This document shows, one piece after another, positions 32,626 to 44,268 of a DNA stretch of 64,000 bases (its first letter is position 1; the number at the start of each line of letters is the position of its first letter). The position numbers were made by a program, and so were the translations under genes. Source of the DNA: Nitrosopumilus sp. (GTDB lineage: Archaea; Thermoproteota; Nitrososphaeria; Nitrososphaerales; Nitrosopumilaceae); contig CBDBGZ010000009.1 of the NCBI GenBank assembly GCA_965205425.1, forward strand, positions 224,001 through 288,000, in the 5' to 3' direction. A model generated the notes under the pieces. It was not told the origin of the DNA, ran no database searches, and saw nothing but the letters and a program-made list of their open reading frames with translations.

Positions 32626-33771
32626 TAGTTTAGGCATATAAATTCTGAATAAACTGTCAAGTATTTTAACCCAAAAGATCTAGATCGTAGAATCAATTCA
32701 TGAAACCATGTCAAAGAGTACAAGACAATCCAAGGTTTCCTCTGGGAATCAATTCATGAAAGGTACAAGCATTAATTTTTTAAGAAAAACATGCAAGAAT
32801 GAAAAAAATGCAAAAGCAAAGATAAGACTAAAGGCTGCAATTTTACGCAAACAAGACATGAGATATTCTCAAATATGCATCAGTCTTGATATCATACCAT
32901 CAACTCTTAGTAATTGGTTAAACCAAATGAACCGAGAAGGAATATCTGCATCACGCCGCAAGAAATATTCTGGTTCTAGATGTTTCTTAGATAAAAAACA
33001 GCTAGTGTCATTAAGGAATGATCTAATTTCAGGTCCAGAAAAGTTTGGATTTAACCAATTCATGTGGAGTACAAGAATGGTAATTACACATGTGAATAAA
33101 AAATACAACACCCTATACTCTGCAAGAGGAATGCGTGAATTACTACACCGTATCGGATTCTCATCTAAAAAACCAAGACAGACTCATCACAAATCAGCCT
33201 CAAAAGAGGAACAAACCCGTTTTAAAAAAACGCAAAAAGGAGTATCAAAAAATATTCCAAATTGGGATACACCACATTATGTCTGGATGAGTCAACAAAC
33301 AAGATAGCTCCAAATATCAAAAAAGGCTGGTATCTAAAAGGAAAAAATACACAAACCAAAATCAACTATACTCGAGAAAAGTTTCAATCATTTGGTGCAT
33401 TGGGGGATGACGGTGTATTTTTTTGTAGGTTCTATGATAAATCAAACACAGACTCATTTCTTGATTTCTTAAAATCCTTGCAGAAACAATTTGGTAAGAA
33501 ACTGTTATTGTTTGCAGATAATGCATCATACCACAAAAGTCTCAGAGTAAAAGAATTTCTCAAAGCACCAAAAAATAAAGTAATCATCAGATATTTTCCT
33601 GCATACACTCCAGAACTCAATCCAATTGAGGTACAGTGGAGAGAAGAGAAAAATGGTAATGCCAATACATTTTTTGCAAATGGAACTGAGATGAGAAAAC
33701 ACATGCAGAAGAGACTAGATAATGGTGATGTTAGAGTTGTTAAAGTGTTCGAATATTTAATGCCTTAACTA
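32626..33771 (+). mobile_element. IS630-family type E (1146 bp, two ORFs 32708-33307 and 33262-33768)
   Basis: Ends TAGTTTAGGCAT / ATGCCTTAACTA, TA flanks; LDES, ADNASYH, PELNPIE. Confidence 0.95.
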
Positions 33772-33848
33772 TAGACATATTATTTTTGATAAAATCTTCA
33801 TATTTTTTGCTCGAGTTAAGAGAAATTAGAAAATAAGACCAGGTTAAA

Positions 33849-34004
33849 ATGGGCCAAATTTACAAAATAATCATGAAAGCCAGATTTAATGGAAAATGTG
33901 TAGAATGCGGAGATGTAATCAAAACAGGTAAAGAAATTCTAAAAAATTCTAAAGATCAGTGGGTTCACAAAGCATGTTGTGATTTAGAAGAAGAATTGCC
34001 ATAA
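33849..34004 (+). CDS. Small zinc-finger protein
   Basis: Manual translation ..MKARFNGKCVECGDVIKTGKEILKNSKDQWVHKACCDLEEELP. Confidence 0.7.
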   Translation: MGQIYKIIMKARFNGKCVECGDVIKTGKEILKNSKDQWVHKACCDLEEELP

Positions 34005-34056
34005 ACTGATAAAGTAGTAATAAATTTTTAAATAACTTTGTATTTCAGAAGATGAA

Positions 34057-34479
34057 ATGAGGACAAAATCAAATATGTTGTTAATGGCATCAATTATGAC
34101 TGTATTTGGCATAATGATGATACCAGGAGACATTTCAGCAGCATCAAACCAAGTTACGGTAACTCCAATCAATGAAGAAGTTAGTTTAGAGAAAACCATT
34201 ACTACAATGAGTGTTCCACAAGACAACAAACTCCCATGGGGAACGGTTAGAGGAGAAGCATCAGATGTTGCAGAACGATATCCAATTATCATTCAAATGT
34301 ACAAAGAAGATGATCCAGTTCACTTTGCACAAGTGGATGCAAAGGGAGATGGCTCATACGAGTACAAATTTAGAGTTAGAAGCTTAGATTCAAACACAAA
34401 CGAATTTGTAAATATCTTCCAAGGAGATTATACTGTAAAAATTTACAAAGTAATTCCAAATACTAATGATTTAGTATAA
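34057..34479 (+). CDS. Secreted Ig-like hypothetical protein
   Basis: Signal peptide; DGSYEYKF..GDYTVKI beta pattern. Confidence 0.75.
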   Translation: MRTKSNMLLMASIMTVFGIMMIPGDISAASNQVTVTPINEEVSLEKTITTMSVPQDNKLPWGTVRGEASDVAERYPIIIQMYKEDDPVHFAQVDAKGDGSYEYKFRVRSLDSNTNEFVNIFQGDYTVKIYKVIPNTNDLV

Positions 34480-35049
34480 TCAGTAAGGAGTTCCAGATTC
34501 TCTTTGTTTTGCCAAAGCAGATACATACCATTCAAACTCTTCTAAAAATCTAGTAATTCTTCTATCGTAATTCTCATCAAGTAGTTTGCCACCATCATCA
34601 AAAACTTCATGAACCTTTGAAATAGGGAATTGTGAAGAAATTGCCAAAGTTCCCATCTCTGCTAAAATTTGACGAAGATGATTTCCTGCAGTAACACCTC
34701 CAAATGAACCAACAGAATATGAAATTATAGCAGAAGGTTTGAAAAAATACTCTTCTAAAAAATAATCCAATGTATTTTTCAATGCAGAAGATACACTGTG
34801 ATTGTATTCAGGAGTTATCGGAATATATCCATCTGCGTCTTTGAGAATTTTTTGCAATTTTTGTAGTTTTTCAGGAGGAGAATCCATTTCTTTGTACATT
34901 TTATCAAGTAAGGGTAATTCTAATTCCACAGGATCTACAATAGATACGTCATGTCCTTTCTCTTCAAGTTTTGAGACAATCCATTTTGCTACTTTGATTC
35001 CATTTCTCTCAGATCTTACAGAGCCAACAATAACTACAATTTTTGCCAT
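34480..35049 (-). CDS. NADPH-dependent FMN reductase
   Basis: GSVR, TPEYNHSVSSALKNTLD, YSVGSFGG. Confidence 0.93.
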   Translation of the reverse strand: MAKIVVIVGSVRSERNGIKVAKWIVSKLEEKGHDVSIVDPVELELPLLDKMYKEMDSPPEKLQKLQKILKDADGYIPITPEYNHSVSSALKNTLDYFLEEYFFKPSAIISYSVGSFGGVTAGNHLRQILAEMGTLAISSQFPISKVHEVFDDGGKLLDENYDRRITRFLEEFEWYVSALAKQRESGTPY

Positions 35050-35155
35050 GAGAAATTCACAGTAAAACAGGATAAAAGATTTTTACTAAATTCAAAAAAA
35101 AATCAAATAATTTCATAGAATTCATATACTGAATATCCAAACGAAGAGCTAGAAA

Positions 35156-35695
35156 ATGAGTAAGAATTTTTGGCACGATATAGAATCAGGTAATGATGTT
35201 CCTGAAATAATCAATGCAATTGTAGAGATTCCTAAAGGGTCTATGAACAAGTATGAATATGATAAAAAACACAATATGATAAAATTAGACAGAGTATTGT
35301 TTTCACCATTTCATTATCCAGGAGATTATGGCCTTATCCCACAGACATTATCAGATGATGGAGACCCTCTTGATGCACTAGTATTAGTTACAAATCCAAC
35401 TTATCCAGGAATTCTTATCGAAGCACGACCAATTGGATTACTTCAAATGAAAGATGATGGGAAATTAGATGACAAAATTATTTGTGTTGCCACAAATGAT
35501 CCAAGATATCTACATACTGCAGATATCACAGATATTGAAGACCACTATCGTTCTGAAATTGCCCACTTTTTCCAAGTTTACAAAGACTTGGAAGGAAAAA
35601 AAGTAGAAATCTTAGGATGGAAATCAGCTAAAGAAGCTAAAATAGTAATTATTGAATCAATTAAAAGATACAAAGACACTTTGAAAAAATACTAG
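35156..35695 (+). CDS. ppa: Inorganic pyrophosphatase (family I)
   Basis: KYEYD, LDRVL, YGLIPQT, DDGDPLDALV, DDKII. Confidence 0.97.
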   Translation: MSKNFWHDIESGNDVPEIINAIVEIPKGSMNKYEYDKKHNMIKLDRVLFSPFHYPGDYGLIPQTLSDDGDPLDALVLVTNPTYPGILIEARPIGLLQMKDDGKLDDKIICVATNDPRYLHTADITDIEDHYRSEIAHFFQVYKDLEGKKVEILGWKSAKEAKIVIIESIKRYKDTLKKY

Positions 35696-35696
35696 T

Positions 35697-35951
35697 ATGC
35701 CAAAAGAATGCGAGCATTTCACCGAAGAGAGAAAAGTTTCTCAAAATACAAAAAGTTGTGAAGAATGTGAAAAGGAGCACTTGCCAACAGTTGCACTTAG
35801 AATGTGTTTAACATGTGGACACGTTGGTTGTTGTGATTCATCTATTGGAAAACATGCAACAAAACATTTTGAAGAAACAGGTCATCCAACAATGCAAGCA
35901 GTTCCAGAAAAGATTTGGAAGTGGTGTTATATTCACAAAGAGTATTATTAA
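35697..35951 (+). CDS. UBP-type zinc finger protein
   Basis: CEEC..LRMCLTCGHVGCCDSS..KHATKHF..TGHP..WKWCY. Confidence 0.92.
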   Translation: MPKECEHFTEERKVSQNTKSCEECEKEHLPTVALRMCLTCGHVGCCDSSIGKHATKHFEETGHPTMQAVPEKIWKWCYIHKEYY

Positions 35952-36037
35952 TAAAGGTGATTGTAAATCTATTACCACCAACTATTTTTGAGTAATTATT
36001 GGAAAAAACAATCAACATAATTGAGTTATCTAAAATA

Positions 36038-36245
36038 CAGTACTTGGGAAAGTAACTACCTGACATCTTCCAAATAGTATTCTGATTTTATTCTCCTAAA
36101 GAAATCAACAATAATAATTTCAAAGATGCACTTGAGAATTTCAATTGTAATTATTGGATTTGTGTGATTGATGGAACAAATATTTCTCAACGTACAATTT
36201 GCAATAATCCATGCGTTAAACAAAATCAAAGGATAGAAAAAATTA
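36038..36245 (-). mobile_element. ISH3-like right-end remnant
   Basis: CAGTACTTGGGAAAGTA resembles the TIR at 40970; LILFNAWIIAN-like tail. Confidence 0.7.
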
Positions 36246-36720
36246 CACTGTTCAATCTCAGGAGCTTTTCAACAGGGTGTTAAATTAGAGACTTTTTGTG
36301 TTAAGTTAGGTACTTTTCATATTGAAAAAAATAACTGGGATTTTTAATTACTATTTTTGTAAATCTTGGAATCTTCCTTAAGCAAGTCCTCGAGCATGTC
36401 TATTAGTTGAGGTGTGTTCCAAACATCGCCTATTGATTCTACTTTGAGAAAGTCTATTGTTTCCTTTAGTCTTTTGACTATTTCCTTGATCTGATACTTC
36501 TATACCTAACATGACTGCTCATTGAATAAAATTATGGTAATGGTTCATGTCCTCTTTTGTATCCTGAAAACTTGCGATATTCGTAATCAGTTAACGGTGT
36601 TTGATAACCGCATTTACAAAATGTTTTCATGATTTTGATAAAATTTACACATACAAAAAGTTTAGGAAACTAGCTTGATCCAATAAATAAAATCAACATC
36701 TGATTTTTTGATTCTTCATA

Positions 36721-38339
36721 TCAAGACATTCCAACTGTAATCACACCACCGCCAAACTCTGTAGTTGTTTTAACGTATGACGAGTATGCCGCATCATTAC
36801 TTGATGGAACAGGTGCGCCTTTTGCATCAAGATTGACCCTGATTACATACTCTATCATGTCCCCTACTGTTACCGGAGTTGCAATGTTTCCAGTTACGCC
36901 ATCTAGTGGATAAATGATGTTGACTGCATTGGTTGCTCCACGTCTCGTTTCGCCAAATGATGATGTCTCATATGCATATGCAGAGCTAGAGGTGTAGATT
37001 GTGTGGGTTTCTACATATTCCGCGTTTACAATTACGTCCACATCAACTGTAATCTGTGATGCCTGTCCGCGACTCAAAGCTGTCAGCAGCTGATCTCTGT
37101 GTCCTTCTGTCAGCGATTGCAGGTTTGTGATGCTGCCGGGATTTGCAGGAGCTGAGTATGGTCAACATATTACGGCTGAACTGGTGCTTCTAATAGGGAC
37201 ACTACTGCATATTTTTTTTTTCTACAAACTCTCCGGCATAGTTTGATGACAGGCTAAACGCAGCACTGCCTCCAACCGTGAGGTCTACGTTTGCAATTGC
37301 AGTGCCAGTATGTGTCGCAGTAAGAAACGTTGACGTGCTGATGTTTGATGATGTTGCGACGGTTCCGCTGGTACTACTGTCTGATGATGAGGATGATTTT
37401 TTTAAAACCTGCTTTATCTGCGTATGCACTGAGACATCTCGCATCAGTACCTCAGTATCTGTGCCGTTAATTGTGGCATATATTGTATCTGCACTTGGAA
37501 TTACAGGAATTACCAGCGCGTCATTTTTTGAGTAATTGCCATTCAGATAATCTAACTGCAGATTGTCGACTCGCATATTTTCAACCTCTACTGGAACTGG
37601 GAACACCCATCTGACATAGTTTTGTGGAATGTATACAAGGTTCTCTCCAGCACTCAATGGAACTGACTCTTTGTGATACATGTCAATCAGTGCAGCTCCG
37701 AGCGGTCCAATATAGGAGCCAGATTCAGGATACATCTTTAGGATTCCTCCAGATGATGATGAATAGTCCACATCATCATCCCGCAGGAATATTTCACCTT
37801 TTGCGTTGGTCTTGCCTACCACTATAGGTATTTCGTTTTTAGATATCTTATATGCAGTGTCTGGTGGCAGTCCTGATGCTCTAAAAAATACATCAGATGA
37901 AACATCAAATGATTCGCCCTTGATATCTACTGTTCCTCCATTTGGTTTTACTATCAAATACAAATCACCTGACGGCATCGTATAGGTTGTTTTTAAGCTT
38001 GCCGTAGACAAGAATTCAGAGGTATATGGCTCTGCTTCTTTTATGTTAAATGAAGCTGTAATTTTTGCCCCTACAGAACCATGTGTACCTGAAACTGAAT
38101 GACTCTTTGAAATGCTGTTAATCTTTGTATATTCTCCAAATGCTGATGTGTTTATTGATTCTCCACTTGGTACTGATACACTATAAGTTCTAATGCTAGG
38201 GGTGTGGAATGGCCCTGTGCCTCTTGTAATTGTTCCACTAAACGAACCAGACACTGCATCATCCACATTCCCTTTGACATATACCCCTACTGGCGATACT
38301 GACACTCCTGGATAAGACAAACCATAATAACTATAACCA
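36721..38339 (-). pseudogene. Large Ser/Thr-rich, probably surface protein; truncated by IS110, frameshifted and nonsense-mutated
   Basis: ORFs 37202-38339 and 36721-37077 joined by a shift at the A10 run (37212-21) plus an in-frame TGA. Confidence 0.75.
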
Positions 38340-38341
38340 TA

Positions 38342-39668
38342 TGTGCCAAAATCAGCTAGGAAATTAGATGGTACTTGCATTCGTATCAAGAAAGTAAGAA
38401 ATGCAAACAAACACACTACCCTTCCTGAAAAAAAATATTTGATGTTTGTAGGATTGGATGTTCACAAGAACTCTGTACAGGTGGCAGCAGTAGATGAGAT
38501 TGGCAAATTGTTATTTAACAAAAAGATTTCCAGTGATTTTTCTGCTATTAGCAAAATTACATCCAAAATTCCAAAGAACGCAAAATATGTTTTAGAGTCA
38601 TCATCTGTCTGGTATGGATTGTACAGACACATGACAGACAAATTACATCTTGATGTTATACTATCTAATCCATACAACACAAAGATAATAGCATCATCAC
38701 TCAAAAAGACTGATAAAATTGATGCGTACCATCTTGCAAATTTGCTACGAGGAGGATACATTGCAGAATCATTTGTGCCAGATCACACAATTGTGCAATA
38801 CAGACAGCTTGTAAGACATCGACACAAGATTATACGCATTATTGTAAAGATGAAGAATTCCATACATGGCATTACACTACAGGAGGGAATCCATATCAAA
38901 GCAACACCATTTTCCTCAGAACACATACGTGCACTTGGAAAATTGGAGAGTTATAGAATAGATTCGTACCTACAAAGCATAAAATTTCACAAAAAGGAGG
39001 TTGCAAAAATAGATTCCATGATACGTCGCATGGTAAATGATAATCCTGATGTGTGTATTTTGACATCAATACCTGGAGTTGGACCATACACTGCATTGAG
39101 CATATTCTCAGAAATTGCAGAGATTAGTAGATTTTCAAATTCTCACAAGTTATGTGCATATGCAGGGATTGTTCCATCGGTGAGAAATTCTGCAGATACA
39201 ATACATCACGGAAGAATTACAAAGAGAGGAAGCACCATGCTAAGATGGTTGCTAGTGGAGGCAATTCATGCACATGTTAGATACGCACCAGATAGCGACA
39301 TTACAAAATTTTACAATCGCATTAAGAAAAAGAGAGGAACCTCAAAGGCAGCAGTTGCTGCTGCATCAAAGTTATTGCGTGTCATATATTGGATGCTAAA
39401 AGAGAGGAGAGAATTTATTCAATGTCATCAATAATTTGTAAAACATTACAGTTAGGAGTTTGGCCGCGTTTTCATATTGAGGATGCATAATACCTCGAAA
39501 CTATAACCGCGGTTTCACCTAATAAATGGATGAAGATGGTACTGAGGGAGATCCTCGAATAGATATGTGTCCGGTTTCATCTTTTGAAAATGAATGGGAT
39601 CATCTCTAGCGGTAGCCATTCTCATGTGTTGCAAAAGAGTGCAAATGTTTTTAAAGATTTCACATAGA
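38342..39668 (+). mobile_element. IS110-family variant A, copy 2; recombinase 38343-39434
   Basis: 1327 bp like copy 1, near-identical; TA cores 38340-41 and 39669-70. Confidence 0.95.
39435..39668 (+). ncRNA. Putative bridge/seek RNA of IS110 variant A, copy 2
   Basis: AACTATAACC at 39499-508 equals the left flank 38329-38. Confidence 0.8.
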
Positions 39669-39670
39669 TA

Positions 39671-40969
39671 TGTGAATAAGAAAGCAAGGAAATCAGATAG
39701 CATAAAAAATGAATCTATACCTCGGAGCATAATTCTTTGCAATTTTTCAAAACAAATAGCAATACTTTTTGATCAGTAGTTAGAAATGATTTCATGAACA
39801 TCACAAATGACGAGTTACTCCAGGCCTACAAAAAAGAAAAGTACGGTAAGAAAAAGGAAAGACTGCATGCAATGTGTAAGATTAAAATCAACGAATCCAC
39901 AATTGCTGAAACTGCCAACCAAATGTTTTGTACATACAATTCTGTAAGGAATTGGCTTGATTCATTTGAAAAATACGGACTAGAGGGCCTGGAGGATCTC
40001 CCCCCTCGTTCTGGCCGTCCGCCATTAATTTCACACAAAAAATTACAAAAAATAGAGCGTACATTTAAGAGAATTTCAAACGGCATGACTCCAAAGAAAC
40101 TGATACAATTCATATTTTACAGAACACGCATTACATATCATATCACTCACGTGCGTCCTTTGATGCACAAATGGAATCTAAAACCAAAGGTTCCCCAAAA
40201 GGTACATGTGCGAGCAGCATCCAAGGATGTGTGCCGCAAGTGGAAAAACCGCATCATTTCACGCATAGAAAAGGCAAAAAAGAAAGGTTTTACAGTATTC
40301 ATCCAAGACGAGTCTGTATTTGTAGACGATGTACGTCTTGGCAAAAAATACTGGACAGATGTACATCAACGAATGATTGTACGTTGGAGAGGATCGCACC
40401 AAAGATTTTTGGTTTATGGAATGATGACTGATGATAATCAAAGTTTTTTTAGATCGTATGAAAAATTTAATTCAATTGCATTTATGGATTATTTAGAGGC
40501 AGCTCGTAGAAAATTCGGGAAAATATTTGTTATCGTCGATAGAGCGCCACAACACAAAGCTAATGATGTAAAAAAATATCTGCGTAAAAACAAGGATGTC
40601 AAACTGGCATATCTTCCAAGAGGTTCTCCACATTTGAGTATGATTGAAGAGATTTGGAGACAGTGCAAACATGTTAATGTTGAATCAGAATTTTATGAAT
40701 CTATTCATGAAATGAGGTATACAGTTATGGAATATTTTAGAACCCACAAATTTAATTTGAATATGTATCAGTATTTTACAAGAACAGTAAATTGAAAAGA
40801 CTTATGATCTGGGGTATAGTTCCAAAACTTGCAGTGTACTCTCTCCAAAAAAGATTACAAACAAACAGATTAGGAAGAAACCAAAGAAAGGCATGTTTGT
40901 GGGCATTGATCTGCACAAGAAGTTTCTTCAAGTAGCAATAATGGATGATACAGGCAAAGTATCACAAAA
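39671..40969 (+). pseudogene. IS110 variant B 5' remnant, interrupted by IS630 and cut by ISH3-like element
   Basis: 39671-39717 and 40819-40969 match 23332-23532. Confidence 0.9.
39718..40816 (+). mobile_element. IS630-family type D, intact 333-aa transposase 39794-40795
   Basis: TA duplication 39716-17 / 40817-18; complete ORF. Confidence 0.95.
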
Positions 40970-42289
40970 CAGTAGATGGGAAAGTACATCAAATTACACA
41001 TTCTAGGAAATAATTATTTTTGTTATTTCTAAAGTAATGAATAATTATCTTTACAAAGAAATATTTGAGAATTTCAATTGATATTATTGGTTTGTAATTT
41101 TTTACATTGGTTTCTTCTGAGATAATCAAATTAGCAATTATCCATGCATTGTACAAAATCAATGAATAGTAAAAATACAACAATCTTATGGATTGGTTTG
41201 AACTGGTGGTTTTTGGTCTGAACCTTCCCACACATGCATATCCTGTTTCAATTCCCCAACGTTTCTTGTAATCAGTTGGAATGTTTTGTATGTTATATGA
41301 TATTTCTTTTGGTGAAACGTTTGTTGCAAACACAACATACTGATCAATAATATTTGATTTTTTTCTTGCATTTTTGTTTGGCAGAATAACTAGATTAAAT
41401 GATTCTACATGTCCTAATGATGATTTTATCGTGTATGGCGAGATTGACTTTCTATCTCCATTAACATATTGTAAAATGGCATCTTTGATTCGAGAATTCT
41501 TTTTTGCAGGCATTAGAAATTTTAAATTCTTTTGTTTTATTTCTGAAATTGTTCCAGCTGTGAAAAACTCCCTATCCACTAGCAATAGTTTAATCTTGAT
41601 TCCATTATTGATGCCATCAGAGAGTAATTTACGCACAAAATCGGCATTTGATTTGTTGTCATACAAAGGATAACGACCTAATTGAGCCCTGATTCTTTTT
41701 TCAACGCACTGCATGGTGCAGTAACTCTCAAAATGAGTAGTACTGTTTTTTGATTTTGATTTTATTAAAGAATGGTTTGGCAATTTGTCATATCTTGGGA
41801 TTAGATGTTTGTCAATTGCCACAGTAACTGGTTGCTCCAATACTCCCAATTCTTGTAATTTTGATATGGTACTATCCAGTGAACGATGTAATTGAATTTG
41901 CATTGTTTTTTGTGATATTTTTGATATGATTTTTCTCAACCATGAAACCAGTTGGAGAAGCATTATCTGATTCCATTGCCAGTCTCTTTAATCCAGATTC
42001 AGAATATGAATTTCCCAAACACAATGACATGATAGAATTATGTGCATCTGCATTGTGGAACCGTGAGTTATTTTTACTAGAGCATGGAAACAACAAGATA
42101 TTGTACATTATTTTAGTGATAATCTCAAATGCTTTAGATAGTATCACGCCTTGGTGTGTCATGGTATCAAATGAAGTACAATGCATATTTGATGGAGTGA
42201 CATACTTCCATCAAGCTTTTTCTATCTGAATAGATTGATTGAATAATTGATAGTTTTTGATCTAAATTGAGTTACTTTCCCATCTACTG
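40970..42289 (-). mobile_element. ISH3-like (IS4 superfamily) element, frameshifted transposase
   Basis: 17-bp TIR CAGTAGATGGGAAAGTA; VAIDKH, LLVDREF, YKKRWGIETGY; ORFs 41872-42186 and 40989-41963. Confidence 0.9.
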
Positions 42290-42307
42290 TTTTGTGACAA
42301 TTTTATT

Positions 42308-42526
42308 TTAGAAATTTTTCATTACTGGAACTTGCGGAAAGAATTGATCCCAAAATGAAAATGCAGGCGATGCAATTACCAAACAAGAAAATTTTTCTTG
42401 TGACGTAACGATTATTTTGTGAGCAATTCCTTTTGGAATGGATAGATAATCCCCAATCTTTACACTAGATATTGTTTTGTTATTTTTAGGATTGCGTGCA
42501 AAGAAAGGATTCTTGTAATGACTCAT
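42308..42526 (-). CDS. Cupin-domain protein or fragment
   Basis: GDYLSIPKGIAHKI..FSCLVIASP. Confidence 0.6.
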   Translation of the reverse strand: MSHYKNPFFARNPKNNKTISSVKIGDYLSIPKGIAHKIIVTSQEKFSCLVIASPAFSFWDQFFPQVPVMKNF

Positions 42527-42540
42527 TTGGATTTTATGAA

Positions 42541-42738
42541 TTATGATTCAGTCATTTCTTTAACTGGGTGGGCAACAATGTTGCAATGTTTGCAAAAAAG
42601 ATGAAATGCTACAGTATATGTGGTGATCCATTTGCCAAAGTACCAATACTGTTTGTGATGATATTGCTCTATTTTTGCAGGTTTTCTCTGAATCCATTTT
42701 TTATTGCATTTTGGACAGTTTGGTATAGTAAATTCCAT
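42541..42738 (-). CDS. Zinc-ribbon hypothetical protein
   Basis: CPKC...CKHC. Confidence 0.6.
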   Translation of the reverse strand: MEFTIPNCPKCNKKWIQRKPAKIEQYHHKQYWYFGKWITTYTVAFHLFCKHCNIVAHPVKEMTES

Positions 42739-42828
42739 ATCTCTAAATAAAGAATTTAAATGATTTGTAAGAGTTAGATGTTATGCAAACATTTCCTTTA
42801 AATTGAGATTGGATTTATTTTTTATCAA

Positions 42829-42903
42829 GCTCCTATAGTGTAGTCCGGTTAAGCATTTTGGCTTCTCAAGCCAAAGACTCGGGTTCAAATCCCGATGGGA
42901 GCA
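42829..42903 (+). tRNA. tRNA-Glu(CTC)
   Basis: GCTCCTA/TGGGAGC acceptor, TTGGC-TTCTCAA-GCCAA anticodon arm, TTCAAAT T loop. Confidence 0.95.
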
Positions 42904-42953
42904 TTTTAAATTCAATTTGTTTCTTTAAATAACAAAATTCTCAAAAGAGATTA

Positions 42954-43610
42954 TTGGGTCTTAGGGAAATTGAGCTAAAAGAAGAATATCGTTCAGATAA
43001 AGATGATATTGTCTCAGAGTTTTTCCTTCCCTGCCTAAGCAATTGTATTGAATATGATAGATGTGTAGATTTTTTATCGATTCAAACATTATCTACATTT
43101 TCAGTAGCATTTGAAAGATTTGTAGAAGGAAAAGCAAAGCTGAGAATAATTACAGGTCATAGATTTAGAACAGCAGATCTTAATTTATTCACAAAGCTCT
43201 TTTCCGAAAAATATACAAAATCATTTGAAGGAAAACTAATCAAAGATGCTAAAATTCAAAAGCTTAAGAGTATTGTAAATAATGGACAAGTTGAATTAAA
43301 AATTGCCATCCCAAATTCAGAAAGGATTGCAGATACATTTTCAGAAAGGATTGGAATTTTTAGAGACGATGAAGATCAGACAGTAGCTTTCACAGGAACA
43401 TCTAAAGAATCATTTTCAGCTCAAACCAGAGATTTTGAATCTGTGGACGTATTTACATCATGGAATGACAAATCCAGAGTAGAACGAAAAGTAAAAGATT
43501 TTGAAGAATTGTGGGAAAATAAAACAAAACATGTAGATGTTTATGATTTCATGTATGCAGAAGAAAATAATCTTTTGAAATATTCATCAGAATGGATAAT
43601 GAAAGATTAA
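42954..43610 (+). CDS. PLD-like domain protein resembling the N-terminus of DNA repair/restriction helicases
   Basis: EYRSD..DIV.EFF.PCL, IGIF.D...VAFTG, FESVDVF.SW; HKD motif degenerate (SERIGIF). Confidence 0.75.
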   Translation: MGLREIELKEEYRSDKDDIVSEFFLPCLSNCIEYDRCVDFLSIQTLSTFSVAFERFVEGKAKLRIITGHRFRTADLNLFTKLFSEKYTKSFEGKLIKDAKIQKLKSIVNNGQVELKIAIPNSERIADTFSERIGIFRDDEDQTVAFTGTSKESFSAQTRDFESVDVFTSWNDKSRVERKVKDFEELWENKTKHVDVYDFMYAEENNLLKYSSEWIMKD

Positions 43611-44170
43611 AACTGGAAAGATTCTTCTAATCTAGATTTGTTTTCATAAAAATTCATTTTGTTGATTTTATAATATATCACTTCACCACGACGATCTACA
43701 ACTGCAATGATAGGTTCTTTGCCCATCTGAGTAATTTCTTCAACTTTTTTTTGTAGATTTCCCATTTTTTCTTGCTGACCTTCATTAAGACCAAAGATAA
43801 GGAATTTTGCACCTTTTTCACCATATTGTCCCCTCTCATAAACTCTAAAATCAGAACCAAATCCAAAACCATCTTTTACAACATATCCTCTATTTCGTAA
43901 ATCACGATAAATGAGAAATTTTGTTAGAATTTCAGAATCAGTCTTTTGACAAATACTCATAAAAAAATCAAAATCAATCTGTTTTTTACTCTTTTTTAAA
44001 ATTAGTCTTTTTGTATACAACAAATAAAGAGTTTCAAATGATTTCAAAAATAATTTTTCTTTTTCAAGTTCTCCAAACCCCTTTAGATCAAGTTCATGAA
44101 TCATATTCTTATTTGAAATACAAGTTTGATCTGAAATTAATTCTCCATTAACTAAAGGGGCATCTTCCAT
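43607..44170 (-). CDS. endA: tRNA-intron endonuclease subunit
   Basis: IYRDLRNRGYVVKDGFGFGSDFRVY, IIAVVDRRGEVIYY. Confidence 0.9.
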   Translation of the reverse strand: MEDAPLVNGELISDQTCISNKNMIHELDLKGFGELEKEKLFLKSFETLYLLYTKRLILKKSKKQIDFDFFMSICQKTDSEILTKFLIYRDLRNRGYVVKDGFGFGSDFRVYERGQYGEKGAKFLIFGLNEGQQEKMGNLQKKVEEITQMGKEPIIAVVDRRGEVIYYKINKMNFYENKSRLEESFQF

Positions 44171-44268
44171 TATGAAGTGGAAATCAAAGGATTTCCATAT
44201 AAGCATTGGAAGATACGTATGATGTCTGACTAACCGTTAAAATATGGGCATTCTGGCTTGAGAATATC

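Noticed and set aside
37212..37221. Phase-variable homopolymer switch
   Set aside because: A downstream in-frame TGA and loss of the 5' end mean the gene is dead in either phase
42954..43610. Active restriction or phosphorothioate defence system
   Set aside because: Catalytic motif degenerate, no helicase or dnd genes, embedded among housekeeping genes
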